A DNA stretch of 64,000 nt from an uncultured delta proteobacterium (GCA_963712115.1 CAVQGX010000033.1:64001-128000); one strand, 5' to 3'. Shown: positions 51,655 to 62,780, numbered from the stretch's first letter. Notes: a model not told the origin generated them from the sequence alone. Numbers and translations are program-made.

Positions 51655-52050
51655 TAGGTGTCAGGTGTCAGAATCCAGTAGGCATAGAGCACTATTGAGG
51701 ATTTTGAATTTCGAATTGCGGATTGCGGATTGGGTATGTGAGATGTGGGATATGGGATATGGCATAGGGCATAGGGCATAGAGCGTAGCGTTTTGTTGAT
51801 TAGTTGATTAGAGAATTAGTTAATTCGTTAAAACCTTTGAAACCGTTGAAGTCGTTGAAACCGTTCAATTCGCGAGACTCACTTGCGATTTGAATGCTCC
51901 TACCTGTTACAACGAATGACAGCGAAGCGTATTGACCTAATGACGGCGAAGCCAAAATGACCTGAAGCTCGTCAGCGCGAATCAGTGGTGCCTAGTGCAT
52001 AGTGCCTTGTTGAAAAGGCTGTCAGCTGTCTGCTGCTTGCTGTCCGCTGG
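51655..52050. repeat. mosaic of short tandem repeat tracts
   Basis: AGGTGTC, GCGGATT, ATGGGAT, GCATAGG, TTGATTAG, TTGAAACCG, AATGAC, GCCTAGT, GCTGTCA units in succession. Confidence 0.75.
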
Positions 52051-52133
52051 AATGGGCGCTTTGCTCTGTTCGATCTGACCTGGCCTACCGAAGATCCCGC
52101 TTTGCGGGGAAGGACCAGGCTTGCTAGGTGGTT

Positions 52134-52149
52134 TGGCACGCACCTTGAA
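52134..52149 (+). promoter_or_regulatory. putative sigma-54 promoter
   Basis: TGGCACG-CACC-TTGAA versus consensus TGGCACG-N4-TTGCW. Confidence 0.5.
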
Positions 52150-52221
52150 TGTGATTGACTAGTTTTTTTATTTAGTGATAATTTAGCCACTGATGTCCAC
52201 GACCGCTGGGGAAAACTAGAC

Positions 52222-52971
52222 ATGGCTGACACCATGAATTTCAAGAAAGGAGCCACCATCATCCACGAAGGGACCACTGGCTCCTATGCCTATCTTATAC
52301 TCTCGGGCTCGGTTGAGGTGTCCAAAAAAGTCGGAGAGGAAAAGCTTGTTCTGTCCAGATTAGTAAAGGGTAACATTTTCGGGGAGATGAGCCTTGTTGA
52401 TGACAAGCCCCGGTCCGCCACCATTGTTGCCCTTGAAGATACTGAGGTTAGAGTCATAAGCCGTGACCGCTTTGAGTCCATGTTAGAACAGAACCCTCGT
52501 GCCGTGATCCCTCTGCTCAAACAGGTTTTTCAGCGTGTCAGGTATCTGAACCAAATGGTAACGGCTTTTTGCGGCCAGGCCAGCACCGGGACCGTAGAAC
52601 TTGCAACTCAACCACTGCGATTGAGGGCGGTGACTGAAGAGGCCGAGCGGGCTATGCAAGGTAAGGAAATAGACATCACCAAGATACCTTTTCAGATTGG
52701 TAGACTTTCCAAAGCCAGTGTTTTTGGCTCTAATGATTTGGATATCCAAGACACCGAACCATATCGGGTTTCAAGGTGTCACTGCTTAATAACCATCGTG
52801 GATAATGAATACTATGTAGTTGATACAGTCAGCAGCCGCGGTACAGCGGTTGACGGCAACAAGATTGGCGGCCGTGAAGAGCAAAAACGAGTATTATTGG
52901 AAAGCGGCAAACATCGTATTACCCTCGGCGGAGAAGAGTCTCCCTACGTTTTTGACCTTGTAGTTCCCTGA
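52222..52971 (+). CDS. cyclic-nucleotide-binding plus FHA domain protein
   Basis: FGEMSL...PRSAT; IGR...VSRCH...SSRGT. Confidence 0.85.
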   Translation: MADTMNFKKGATIIHEGTTGSYAYLILSGSVEVSKKVGEEKLVLSRLVKGNIFGEMSLVDDKPRSATIVALEDTEVRVISRDRFESMLEQNPRAVIPLLKQVFQRVRYLNQMVTAFCGQASTGTVELATQPLRLRAVTEEAERAMQGKEIDITKIPFQIGRLSKASVFGSNDLDIQDTEPYRVSRCHCLITIVDNEYYVVDTVSSRGTAVDGNKIGGREEQKRVLLESGKHRITLGGEESPYVFDLVVP

Positions 52972-53076
52972 CCTGTCTTCAAGAGTTTTGGAAAGTAATT
53001 CTAAATTTCCTCCAACCCTCCTGCACTCTCTTTTCAATAGCAACAAGATTTCTAGAAAGTATAACTTCTGTGGAAC

Positions 53077-53157
53077 TTGACAGGGTCGCCCATTATTCTT
53101 ATTTTTGAATAGCTTAGAAATGATTTCCAGAATCGTTAGCACCTGTTTTATGCTAAC
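53077..53157 (+). promoter_or_regulatory. sigma-70-like promoter and GTTAGCA-N9-TGCTAAC inverted repeat upstream of hsp20
   Basis: TTGACA-17-TATTTT at 53077-53105; IR at 53135-53157. Confidence 0.5.
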
Positions 53158-53207
53158 TCATCAAGTTCATATGTTGCCATATTAGTTAGGTATATTTCCA
53201 AGGAGGT

Positions 53208-53657
53208 GTGATGGTAATGTTGATAAAATCAGGATCCGTCAGAGGAGAGCTCGAGCGAATGCGGCGAGAGATGGAGCGCATTTGGGATCGATTCTCCAGT
53301 GAGTTGCCAACTTCAACCCTTGAGCGGGATTGGAATCCGTCTTTAGACCTGATGGAAACCGAGGACAGCCTGGCGGCCGAAGTAGAAGTTCCTGGGATCA
53401 ATCCTGATGATATTAATATCTCAGTCACTCCAGATTTGCTCACCGTGACCGGTGAAAAAAAGCAGGAACCCGGGGTGCAAGAAAAGAACTACCATGTTAT
53501 GGAGCGGGCCTACGGTAGGTTTAGCAGGTCAATTCCCTTGCCAACTGCGGTGAATCCTGATCGGGTGGAAGCTCGTTACAGAGATGGTATCTTGAGAATC
53601 ACCATGGGGAAGAGTAAAGCAGTCAAAAGTAAACGAATAGAGGTAAAAACAGCCTGA
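53208..53657 (+). CDS. Hsp20/alpha-crystallin family protein
   Basis: EVPGI, ERAYGRFSRSIPLP, ARYRDGIL. Confidence 0.93.
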   Translation: MMVMLIKSGSVRGELERMRREMERIWDRFSSELPTSTLERDWNPSLDLMETEDSLAAEVEVPGINPDDINISVTPDLLTVTGEKKQEPGVQEKNYHVMERAYGRFSRSIPLPTAVNPDRVEARYRDGILRITMGKSKAVKSKRIEVKTA

Positions 53658-53773
53658 TCAGATTCTAGAAAAAAATATTTACCCCGGAAGGACACGGAAT
53701 CTTAAAGAGAGTAACAAAATCTGACTTCGCACTATTTATATTCCGGTAATTCCGTGAAAATCCGTGGTGGTGT

Positions 53774-54550
53774 TTAGTGTAAAATTTGACTGAGAAATAA
53801 TTTGGTGCGCTCGTGCTGTGGGTTCTCAAAAAAATCTATCGGAGTGTTTTCCTCTAAAATTTCACCTTCATCCATAAAAAGCACCCTGTGGGCCGCGCTC
53901 TTGGCAAAACCCATTTCGTGAGAGACCACGAGCATGGTCATGCCCTCTTTTGCCAAGTCGATCATAACGTCCAGAACTTCCTTGATCATTTCAGGATCTA
54001 GGGCAGAAGTAGGCTCGTCGAACAACATTACTTTCGGTCTCATGCACAAACTGCGGGCAATGGCCACACGCTGCTGCTGTCCCCCTGAAAGCTGCCCTGG
54101 GTATTTTAGGGCCTGCTCAGCAATGTGTACCTTCTCCAGGAAAAACATAGCGGTTTCTTCCGCTTCTGCCTTTGGAGTTTTTCTTACCCATATCGGCCCT
54201 AAGCTCAGATTGTCAAGGATTGTGAGGTGGGGGAAAAGGTTGAAGTGTTGAAAAACCATGCCCACCTCTTCACGAATCTTCTCGATATTCTTCAAATCAT
54301 TGGTTAGTTCAATGCCATCGACAATAATGCGGCCCCGTTGATGTTCCTCCAATCGGTTAATACAGCGGATCAGGGTTGATTTTCCGGAGCCTGAGGGGCC
54401 GCAAATGATGATTCGTTCCCCTTTGTGGACAGTGAGATTTATGTCCTTGAGAACATGAAAGTCGCCAAACCACTTGTGCATATCGATGATCTCAATAATA
54501 GGATCACTCTCTAGCTTCTCATCATTCTTGGTTGGCAATTCATTGGCCAT
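53774..54550 (-). CDS. aapP: amino acid ABC transporter ATP-binding protein
   Basis: [27 protein letters not shown]. Confidence 0.88.
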   Translation of the reverse strand: MANELPTKNDEKLESDPIIEIIDMHKWFGDFHVLKDINLTVHKGERIIICGPSGSGKSTLIRCINRLEEHQRGRIIVDGIELTNDLKNIEKIREEVGMVFQHFNLFPHLTILDNLSLGPIWVRKTPKAEAEETAMFFLEKVHIAEQALKYPGQLSGGQQQRVAIARSLCMRPKVMLFDEPTSALDPEMIKEVLDVMIDLAKEGMTMLVVSHEMGFAKSAAHRVLFMDEGEILEENTPIDFFENPQHERTKLFLSQILH

Positions 54551-54616
54551 ATCTATCTCTCTTATTTAATCCTAGCCAGCATCCAGTATCTAGCATCTAG
54601 CATCCAGCCTCCAGAA

Positions 54617-55702
54617 TCAAGTCCCTCTATACAACTCTCGCTCCAGGCGGCGGCTGTAACTGGACATGGAAAAACAACCGGTGAAGTAAATCAAAGCAAT
54701 GAAAATATAGGCCTCCACACTAAATCCCATCCATCTTGGATCAGATAGGGTTGTTTGCGTGGTCTTGAGGAGATCGAACAGCCCTATGATCACCACCAGA
54801 GATGTATCTTTGAAAGCGGAAATAAGAATACCGACGGATGGTGGAATCACAATCTTCAATGCCTGGGGCAAAATAATCAATCGCATCTTCTGGTAATAAT
54901 TCAATCCCAACGACTCAGCCGCTTCATACTGCCCACGGCTTATGGCCTGCAGGCCACCCCTGACCACTTCTGCTATGTAGGCAGCAGTGAACAGGATGAT
55001 GGCCACTTGCGCCCGGAGAATGTTGTTTATTGTTATCCCTTCCGGCAAAAACAAGGGAAACATAACGGAGGACATGAATAGGAGACTGATCAAAGGCACT
55101 CCGCGAATTGTCTCAATATAGACAACAGAGAGGGACTTTATGGCAGGCAGTCTTGACTGGCGTCCCAGCGCCAGAAGAACTCCCAGCGGGTAGGCAGCCG
55201 TCAGCCCGAAAACTGAAAGTAACAAGGTAAGTGGTAATCCACTCCACTTGGTGCTTTCCACTGGCGGCAAGCCGAATAAGCCACCTTTCAGGAGCAGACC
55301 CATGACGAAGAGACCGATGAGCCACAAGTAGCCCAGCCATTTCTTCCAGTAGCGCCTGTTCCTGCTGACGATAAGCAGGGTGATCAAAATAATCATAGCC
55401 AGCAGGGGACGCCACTGCCACTCGTATGGAAAGAAACCAAAGATGATGAAACGCAGATTCTTGGTCACAATGGACCAGCAAGCGCCGCCAGCCGCCCTGC
55501 ACTCAGCCCCAGTGGTGATCCAACTGCTGTCAATGAAGGTCCAGCGAATCAACCCGGGCACTATTTTCCACAAAAAATAGATGGTCACAAGGGTCAAAAA
55601 GGAGCTGAAAACCGAGCTAAACAGATTAGCCCGCGCCCATCCTAAGACCCCTATTCGGGCAACAAGCGGCTTCAGTACTGTGGTCCTGTGAGCTTCTTGC
55701 AT
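54617..55702 (-). CDS. aapM: amino acid ABC transporter permease
   Basis: WARANLFS, GACW, RGVPLI, GQYEAA. Confidence 0.85.
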   Translation of the reverse strand: MQEAHRTTVLKPLVARIGVLGWARANLFSSVFSSFLTLVTIYFLWKIVPGLIRWTFIDSSWITTGAECRAAGGACWSIVTKNLRFIIFGFFPYEWQWRPLLAMIILITLLIVSRNRRYWKKWLGYLWLIGLFVMGLLLKGGLFGLPPVESTKWSGLPLTLLLSVFGLTAAYPLGVLLALGRQSRLPAIKSLSVVYIETIRGVPLISLLFMSSVMFPLFLPEGITINNILRAQVAIILFTAAYIAEVVRGGLQAISRGQYEAAESLGLNYYQKMRLIILPQALKIVIPPSVGILISAFKDTSLVVIIGLFDLLKTTQTTLSDPRWMGFSVEAYIFIALIYFTGCFSMSSYSRRLERELYRGT

Positions 55703-55709
55703 GGGAGTT

Positions 55710-56906
55710 CTATCTCTCCACCAATGCTACTCTTTTGTTATACCAGTTCATGAACCCTGAGGTGCTCAGACTAAAAAAGAGATACACCACCATGATCATA
55801 CCCACACCTTCAATGGCCTGTCCCGTCTGGTTGATAATGGTGTTGGCCACGGAAACGAAGTCTGGGAAGCCAATGGCAATGGCAAGAGTGCTGTTTTTCG
55901 TGAGATTCAACATCTGACTGGTAAGTGGTGGAATGATCACCCTGAGGGCCTGAGGTAAGATGACCAACCGCAAAACTTGCCCGGGTTTCAGACCCATAGA
56001 CATGGCAGCTTCCACCTGGCCGCGACTTATGGCCTGGATACCGGCGCGGACTATTTCAGCCACGAAGGCGGCGGTGTAAAGAACCAACCCTAATAAAAGG
56101 GCGGCGAACTCGGGGCTGAAGGTGGTGCCTCCCTCAAAATTGAAGCCCACAAGTTTGGGAACGTTCATTTTCAGAGGCGCTCCCCCCAGTAACCAGGTGG
56201 CAAGAGGAAGTACCAGGAGAATAGCAAGGGAGACGAGGAAGATTGGAAAAATTTGTCCTGTTTGTTCTTGTCTTTTTTTGGCCCATCGCCGCAGCACCCA
56301 TACAGCAAAAGAGCCTGCCAGAAAGACAAGAGCCATATAAACGTACACCGGGTGAGGTTCGGGAACGGCAAAAGCCATTCCACGATTACAAAAATATACA
56401 CCACTTATGGGGTTCAGAGCCTGCCGAGGAGAGGGAAAGGTGTCATAAAAGACAGCGTACCAGAAAACTAACTGCAGGAGCACAGGTATGTCCTGCATGA
56501 CTTCAATGTAGATTCCTGCCAGCTTGGCCACCAGCCAGTTTCTGGACAGACGGGCAATGCCAAGGAAAGTGCCTAGAATTACCGTCAGTATAATCCCGAT
56601 GAATGAAACCTTTATGGTGTTGAGGACACCGACCAGCAGGGCACGACCGTAGGTGTCCGCCGCTGAGTAGGAAATAGGGGATTCACCAATTTCGAAGGAA
56701 GCTTCTTTGGTAAAGAAGCCAAATCCTGTTGCTATGTTCTGTCTTTCAAGGTTTGCCAGGGTATTGGTAAAAAGATAATAGGCCACCATCCCAACTATGC
56801 CCAGAACAACAACCTGGTAAATGATGGCCCGTTTGGTGGGATCGTACCAGAATGAAATCTTGGCTGACGTTGTGATTTCCGGCGAATCCTTAACTTCTTG
56901 TGCCAC
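55710..56906 (-). CDS. aapQ: amino acid ABC transporter permease
   Basis: TYGRALLVGVLNT, AEIVRAGI, GQVEAA. Confidence 0.85.
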   Translation of the reverse strand: MAQEVKDSPEITTSAKISFWYDPTKRAIIYQVVVLGIVGMVAYYLFTNTLANLERQNIATGFGFFTKEASFEIGESPISYSAADTYGRALLVGVLNTIKVSFIGIILTVILGTFLGIARLSRNWLVAKLAGIYIEVMQDIPVLLQLVFWYAVFYDTFPSPRQALNPISGVYFCNRGMAFAVPEPHPVYVYMALVFLAGSFAVWVLRRWAKKRQEQTGQIFPIFLVSLAILLVLPLATWLLGGAPLKMNVPKLVGFNFEGGTTFSPEFAALLLGLVLYTAAFVAEIVRAGIQAISRGQVEAAMSMGLKPGQVLRLVILPQALRVIIPPLTSQMLNLTKNSTLAIAIGFPDFVSVANTIINQTGQAIEGVGMIMVVYLFFSLSTSGFMNWYNKRVALVER

Positions 56907-56957
56907 AGTCTGACTCTGGCTTAGAAATCGGCTTAGAGTTTAGAATTGACTAGAAAT

Positions 56958-56981
56958 AGGTGCCCCCCGGAGGGGGCACCT
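56958..56981. other. intercistronic hairpin between aapJ and aapQ
   Basis: AGGTGCCCCC-CGGA-GGGGGCACCT. Confidence 0.6.
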
Positions 56982-56991
56982 CACATGCGGA

Positions 56992-58014
56992 TTACCTGAA
57001 AGGCGCTGCAAACATCAGTCCGCCTTTGTACCACTGATCATTCAGACCTCGGGGAATTCCCAGGGAGGTGTTTACCCCTACATTAGCCTCGTAAATTTGG
57101 CCGTAGTTCCCCACCTGTTTGACGATGTTGTAGGCCCAGTTGTCATCGAGGCCGAGGGCTTTGCCCATACCAGGGATTACTCCGAGGAAACGCTGGACCC
57201 TCGGGTTCTGGCTCTTGAGCATACTATCTACGTTGTTTGAATTGATGCCCAGTTCCTCAGCTTGAAGCAGAGCCATAACCGTCCAGTTGACAATATCATA
57301 CCACTGGTCGTCACCGTGGCGGACCACCGGGGCAAGAGGTTCCTTTGAAATAATCTCCGGCAAGAGCACATAGTCGGTGGGATTAGGGGCGACAGCCCGG
57401 TGAGCGGCCAACTGAGAAAGGTCCGAGGTCAAGACGTCGCAACGCCCGCCAAAAAAAGCTTTGGAAAGCTCGGAGGTCTGTTCAATTACAACCGGTCTCC
57501 ATCTCATGTCGTTTGCTCGGAAAAAATCCGCCACATTGAGTTCGGTTGTTGTGCCAGGCAGGACGCATATTGTGGCGCCCTGCAGTTCCCTGGCGCTCTT
57601 GACCCCCAGTTTCCTCGGCACTAGAAAGCCTTGGCCGTCATAATAGTTCACGTGGGCGAAATTCAGACCGTTGGCGGTTTCGCGAGTCAGAGTCTGAGTG
57701 GTATTACGGCACAGCACATCAATCTCTTTCGCTTGCAGCGCGGGTAAACGCTGGACGGCGGTAAGGGGCACATACTTTATCTTGCTGGCATCGCCGAACA
57801 CTGCGGTGGCAATCGCCCGGGCCGTATCCACATCAAGACCTTTCCACACACCCTTGTCGTCCGGCATGCTGAAACCAAAGACACCGCCGTTAACCCCGGC
57901 TATTAAGTAGCCTCTTTTCTTAACAGCATCTAAAGTCTCACCGGCAATTGCTACACTGGTGGTGGCAATCAAGGCCACCGCCACTAACACTGCACATACC
58001 TTCATAAATCTCAT
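56992..58014 (-). CDS. aapJ: amino acid ABC transporter substrate-binding protein
   Basis: signal peptide, YYDGQGF, PEIISKEPL, VGNYG. Confidence 0.88.
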   Translation of the reverse strand: MRFMKVCAVLVAVALIATTSVAIAGETLDAVKKRGYLIAGVNGGVFGFSMPDDKGVWKGLDVDTARAIATAVFGDASKIKYVPLTAVQRLPALQAKEIDVLCRNTTQTLTRETANGLNFAHVNYYDGQGFLVPRKLGVKSARELQGATICVLPGTTTELNVADFFRANDMRWRPVVIEQTSELSKAFFGGRCDVLTSDLSQLAAHRAVAPNPTDYVLLPEIISKEPLAPVVRHGDDQWYDIVNWTVMALLQAEELGINSNNVDSMLKSQNPRVQRFLGVIPGMGKALGLDDNWAYNIVKQVGNYGQIYEANVGVNTSLGIPRGLNDQWYKGGLMFAAPFR

Positions 58015-58167
58015 TTACTCCTCCTTTTCTCTACCACAGGGTTTACCATCTTGATCGCACCAAGCCAATCGTCCTTCGCAGGAAAAAACAAACTCCATTT
58101 TCCCTATTCTCTCAAAAAATCCGGAGACCTTTCGACAGTCAAGATATCAGTCTTGGGTGACCCAACA

Positions 58168-58182
58168 GAAACGTCCGGGCTA
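58168..58182. repeat. solitary MITE terminus
   Basis: GAAACGTCCGGGCTA matches the MITE TIR. Confidence 0.45.
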
Positions 58183-58322
58183 GGGTATTCTTTTAGATTG
58201 AGTAGATCTCTATTCGACCTGAATGAACTTGTTACAGCTATCTTTGACACAAGATAGTAGTATTTGTCAAGGAGCGTTGATCCGGGCAAATTCAAATAAT
58301 CGCAGGATGGGAGAAAATTGGG

Positions 58323-59705
58323 TTACTGGCAGCGGGGCACCGAAAAAAATGTGCTGTGGATAGCGTTCACCGCGCTGTGCAAATCTTTGTTTTTAATGAG
58401 AAAATAGAGCGCCACCCTGGAGGGACCAAAGGAAATCATCTCCACGTTGACACCGCAACCTGCAACTGCCTCAAAGCAGCGAGCCGCTATGCCTTTACGC
58501 TGAGCGAGACCTTCCCCCACAATCCCCACCAGGGCCACATCATCAACTCTCTCCAAACGCCGAAAAGGTCTCGGCCTCAAGTGTTTTAGGGCGAGATATC
58601 CTGCCTCCAAGTCCTCACGTGCCAGCAAAAGGCTAATGCAGGTTTGGGAGGTGACCACTGATTTTATGTTAATATCGCTCTCAGTAAGCTGGCCTGCCAC
58701 TTGAGCCAAAATTCCAGGGCGAGCGCCAACACCCGAGGCATGCACCTTTATGATACTGATATCAGTGTCGTGAGCCACGCTTTTGATTACGTGTTTTGGC
58801 CGGGGGCTTTTTGCGGTGATCAGGCTGCCGGGTCCGTCAGGATTAACCGTGTTCTTGATGCTGATCTTCAGTTTACTTTTCCTGAGCGGTTCCACCGTTC
58901 GAGGGTGAAGAATCTTGGCACCAAAATAGGAAAGCTCTGCTGCTTCCTCGTATGAGAGAACGGGTATAAGCTGTGCCTCAGGGACGAATTTCGGATCGGC
59001 ACTCATGAAACCATCCACGTCCTTCCATATCTCCAGGAGTTCAGCCTGCATTGCCACCGCCACCACTGCGGCAGAGTAGTCGCTACCCCCACGACCAAAG
59101 GTTGTGATATCCCCTTGTTCGCTTACGCCGAAAAATCCTGGAACGAAGACAATCTTACCCTCATTAAGTAATGAGGTCAGATGGAGCTGCAAGTTTTTGG
59201 ATGTCTTTCTCAGGTTTGCTGTGGCATCACCAAATTTACCGTCCGTTGACAGGCCGATTTTCTCAGGCATACGGTAGGTGGCATTAACACCTTGGCAATT
59301 GAGCCCGCTTGCAAAGAGCTCAACCGCGAAGCGTTCGCCGTAACTACTAATCACGTCTCTCAGTCGCGGTGTAATCTCCCGAGTGAAATTCAGGCCGTAG
59401 TAGTACCGCTCGAGTTCACTCAGTGACTTGTCCAAGTCTCTGGCAAACTCCTCATAGTCTTTGTAGTTAGAGATAAGATGGCGAGCGACCTGTAAGTGCT
59501 TATCCCTCAGGTGGCTGATGAGGTGAGTAATATTATCCTCCTTGGCTAGGGCCTCACTCATGCCATCTATGAGGGTGTCGGTGACGCCGTTCAGGGCAGA
59601 GAGCACGAATATGCTGCCCTGCCCCCGAAGGGCAACCAGTTTCAGGATGTGCCCTATAGTTTCACTATCTGTGAGGCAACCACCACCGATTTTTATTACT
59701 TTCAT
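58323..59705 (-). CDS. lysC: aspartate kinase
   Basis: KIGG, SYGE, GRGGSDYSA, DVDGFMSADP, two ACT domains. Confidence 0.9.
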   Translation of the reverse strand: MKVIKIGGGCLTDSETIGHILKLVALRGQGSIFVLSALNGVTDTLIDGMSEALAKEDNITHLISHLRDKHLQVARHLISNYKDYEEFARDLDKSLSELERYYYGLNFTREITPRLRDVISSYGERFAVELFASGLNCQGVNATYRMPEKIGLSTDGKFGDATANLRKTSKNLQLHLTSLLNEGKIVFVPGFFGVSEQGDITTFGRGGSDYSAAVVAVAMQAELLEIWKDVDGFMSADPKFVPEAQLIPVLSYEEAAELSYFGAKILHPRTVEPLRKSKLKISIKNTVNPDGPGSLITAKSPRPKHVIKSVAHDTDISIIKVHASGVGARPGILAQVAGQLTESDINIKSVVTSQTCISLLLAREDLEAGYLALKHLRPRPFRRLERVDDVALVGIVGEGLAQRKGIAARCFEAVAGCGVNVEMISFGPSRVALYFLIKNKDLHSAVNAIHSTFFSVPRCQ

Positions 59706-59856
59706 ATTTCCCCTTCCCACGATAACGCAGAGCATATTGTAAACAGTAAACGGTGAACGGTAAACCGATTATGCGCAGGCTCCTTAACCTTTCACCGTTT
59801 ACCATTTACCGTTTACTCTTTTTTTCGCTATGCGCTTGGCGCTGATTGTGTTCATT

Positions 59857-59892
59857 GTGGTCGCAGCAGGTGATTCATGAATATCCGGGTTA
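59857..59892. repeat. partial MITE (right end)
   Basis: GTGGTCGCAGCAGGTGATTCATGAATATCCGGGTTA matches the end of copy 3. Confidence 0.7.
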
Positions 59893-59905
59893 AGTTAATG
59901 GGCGT

Positions 59906-59943
59906 AAAAAAAACGGCAAGCCCCCAGGGAGATTGCCGTTTTT
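59906..59943 (-). terminator. terminator after rplQ
   Basis: AAAAAAAACGGCAA...TTGCCGTTTTT. Confidence 0.75.
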
Positions 59944-59966
59944 ATATTTATAAAGTAGTAAGATTA

Positions 59967-60647
59967 CTATTCGTCGGCTTTTTTCGGTTTCTCTTTCTTG
60001 GCAGGTTCGGTAGATTCTTCTGCAGCCGCCCCCGGTTCAGCATCACTGATTTCAGGTTCCCCTTCTGCCTTTTCCTTGACCGCTGCCTTTTTAGCCTTCG
60101 GTTTCGTTGTCTGTTTACCTTTAGCTTTTTTCTTCTTTTCGGGAACTTCCTCGGCTGCGGCCTCTTCCGGTTCAGCCTCTGCAACCTCGGCCACCTCAGG
60201 TTCAGTTTCTGGAGTTGGTTCAACCGCTGGTGCCTTCACTTTGGCGGCTTTCGGGGCTTTGGTCTTTTTCTTTTTCTTCTTTTTCTCGGTTTCACCTGTC
60301 AGCAGTTCGATGAGACTCAAAGGTGCTCCATCACCGACGCGAAAGCCTACTTTCACCGTTCGAGTATAGCCACCGCTGCGTGCTTGATAACGCTGAGCCA
60401 GGTCGGTGAATAGCTTGTGAACTACGCTCTTATCACGGATCACTTGCAGGGCCTGGCGTCTTGCATGTAGATCTCCCCTCTTGCCCAGCGTGATCATCCA
60501 ATCAGCCCAGCGCCTAAGCTCCTTAGCTTTTGCCTCGGTGGTATATATCCGTTCGTGCTCCAGCAATGAAGTCACCATGTTGCGAAACATGGCCAACCGA
60601 TGGCTGGAAGTGCGGCCTAGTTTCCTCCCACTCTTCCCGTGTCGCAT
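59967..60647 (-). CDS. rplQ: 50S ribosomal protein L17 with long C-terminal extension
   Basis: [24 protein letters not shown]. Confidence 0.96.
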   Translation of the reverse strand: MRHGKSGRKLGRTSSHRLAMFRNMVTSLLEHERIYTTEAKAKELRRWADWMITLGKRGDLHARRQALQVIRDKSVVHKLFTDLAQRYQARSGGYTRTVKVGFRVGDGAPLSLIELLTGETEKKKKKKKTKAPKAAKVKAPAVEPTPETEPEVAEVAEAEPEEAAAEEVPEKKKKAKGKQTTKPKAKKAAVKEKAEGEPEISDAEPGAAAEESTEPAKKEKPKKADE

Positions 60648-61655
60648 CTACTCCTGTTCCTTTCTCGCCTCTATTTCATCTCTTGAGGGGAAGTTCTCAA
60701 GTTTCATGCCCAGCGCCAAGCCCATTTCGGTGAGAATTTCTTTGATCTCGTTGAGTGACTTGCGGCCAAAATTCTTGGTTTTTAGCATTTCTGCTTCGGT
60801 TTTCTGGACTAGTTCGCCAATGAGTCGGATGTTGGCGTTCTTCAGACAATTAGCAGAACGTACTGACAATTCAAGCTCGTCCACCGAACGGAAAAGGTTG
60901 TCGTTCAGTTTGGGTTCCTCTTCCTCTTCCTCCTTGGGTTCAACTTCTGGTTCCTCGTCGAAGTTGATAAAGATGGTCATTTGCTCTTTCAAAATTTTTG
61001 CCGCATAGGCCAGGGCGTCCTCTGGCATGACGCTGCCGTCGGTCCAAATTTCCATGGTAAGCTTGTCGTAATCAGTTATCTGGCCCACACGAGCCTGGCT
61101 TATCACATAGTTTACCCTGCGGATGGGAGAAAAGATCGCATCCATTGGGATGACTCCTATGGCAGCATCTTCTTCCAAATTTCGTTCTGCCGGCATGTAG
61201 CCCTTACCGTTCTTGACTTGCATCTCCATGTGCAATCTACCGTCTTTGGACAGAGAGGCTATATGTTGCTCCGGATTGAGAATTTCCACCTCCGGCGGGC
61301 AGTTGAAATCCCCAGCTGTGACCTCGCCCTGCCCTGCTTTGTCCACCTCTATTGTCCTGGGCTCTTCACCATGCAACTTGAGCCTGACCTCTTTTAAGTT
61401 CAAAATGATGTCGGTTACATCTTCACGAACCCCGGGAATAGTGGAGAATTCGTGTAGCACTGCGTCTAATTTCACCGAGGTTATGGCGGCACCCTGCAGT
61501 GATGACAGCATGATGCGTCTTAGGGCGTTGCCAATGGTAATGCCAAAGCCTCTCTCCAATGGTTCACAGGCGAATTTCCCAAAAAACCTTGAGGCGGTTT
61601 TGGAATCTAGTTCTAACTTTTTTGGACTAATTAATTCTCGCCAATTTCTGTACAT
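60648..61655 (-). CDS. rpoA: RNA polymerase alpha subunit
   Basis: [27 protein letters not shown]; AGGAG RBS. Confidence 0.97.
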   Translation of the reverse strand: MYRNWRELISPKKLELDSKTASRFFGKFACEPLERGFGITIGNALRRIMLSSLQGAAITSVKLDAVLHEFSTIPGVREDVTDIILNLKEVRLKLHGEEPRTIEVDKAGQGEVTAGDFNCPPEVEILNPEQHIASLSKDGRLHMEMQVKNGKGYMPAERNLEEDAAIGVIPMDAIFSPIRRVNYVISQARVGQITDYDKLTMEIWTDGSVMPEDALAYAAKILKEQMTIFINFDEEPEVEPKEEEEEEPKLNDNLFRSVDELELSVRSANCLKNANIRLIGELVQKTEAEMLKTKNFGRKSLNEIKEILTEMGLALGMKLENFPSRDEIEARKEQE

Positions 61656-61742
61656 ATTAACTCCTTTTAGAAGAACCCGATTTGGCCAGCGGTACGACAT
61701 GTACCGAAAAACAAATAGATAAAATTTGGCCACAATGGGAGT

Positions 61743-62369
61743 CTATTTGGAGTAAAGCTCCACAATGAGCTGTTCCTGGATAGGCATGGTCAATTCGTCA
61801 CGAGACGGATAAGCCTTGACTGTTCCCTTGAACTTGTCCTTTTCCACCTCCAGCCACTGTGGGATCCCCCGCCGCGCTACCGCCTCCATTGCCTCGGCAA
61901 TGGGGACGATGTTGCGACTTTTCTCTTTGACCTCAATGGTGTCATTCTCTTTGATTAAGTAGGATGGAACGTTGACCCGTTTACCATTGACGAAAAAGTG
62001 GTTGTGACGCACCAACTGTCTGGCTTGGGACCTGGAATTAGCAAAGCCCATGCGGTAGACCACATTGTCCAACCGGCGCTCCAGAAAAATGAGCAGGTTG
62101 GTTCCGGTAACCCCCTTCTGTCTTTCAGCCCTGTGGAAATAGGCGCGGAACTGACGTTCCAGCAAGCCGTACATCCGCTTTACCTTCTGCTTTTCCCTTA
62201 ACTGAATGCCGTAGTCAGAAAACTTCTTTCGTCCCTGGCCATGTTGGCCCGGAGGATAACTCCGTCTTTCATAAGCACATTTATCCGAGTAGCAGCGATC
62301 GCCTTTCAGATATAGCTTAAGGTTTTCACGTCGACAGATGCGACATACTGAATCAGTGTATCGAGCCAA
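61743..62369 (-). CDS. rpsD: 30S ribosomal protein S4
   Basis: CRICRRE, PGQHG, LERRLDN. Confidence 0.98.
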   Translation of the reverse strand: MARYTDSVCRICRRENLKLYLKGDRCYSDKCAYERRSYPPGQHGQGRKKFSDYGIQLREKQKVKRMYGLLERQFRAYFHRAERQKGVTGTNLLIFLERRLDNVVYRMGFANSRSQARQLVRHNHFFVNGKRVNVPSYLIKENDTIEVKEKSRNIVPIAEAMEAVARRGIPQWLEVEKDKFKGTVKAYPSRDELTMPIQEQLIVELYSK

Positions 62370-62384
62370 AGTAAACCTCCTTGC

Positions 62385-62780
62385 TTACACTCTTCTCCTT
62401 TTAGGTGGCCGGCATCCATTATGGGGAATGGGTGTTACATCACGAATAAGCGTAACGTTAAAACCAGCTGCCTGAAGTGCACGCAGGGCAGCTTCTCGAC
62501 CAGAACCCGGGCCTTTTACGTAAACTTCGATATTCTGCACCCCATGCTCTTGAGCCTTCTTCGCTGCATCATCCGCTGCAAGCTGGGCAGCAAAAGGTGT
62601 GCTCTTACGTGAGCCCTTGAAACCCTGACTACCCGCGCTGGACCAGGCGATTGTATTACCGTTCATATCCGTGATGGTAATTATGGTATTGTTGAAAGTG
62701 GATTGGATATGGGCAACACCATTTTGGATGTTCTTTTTTTCCTTCTTTTTTTTGGAAGCTTTGCCTTTTGCCTTGGCCAT
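62385..62780 (-). CDS. rpsK: 30S ribosomal protein S11
   Basis: [26 protein letters not shown]. Confidence 0.98.
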   Translation of the reverse strand: MAKAKGKASKKKKEKKNIQNGVAHIQSTFNNTIITITDMNGNTIAWSSAGSQGFKGSRKSTPFAAQLAADDAAKKAQEHGVQNIEVYVKGPGSGREAALRALQAAGFNVTLIRDVTPIPHNGCRPPKRRRV

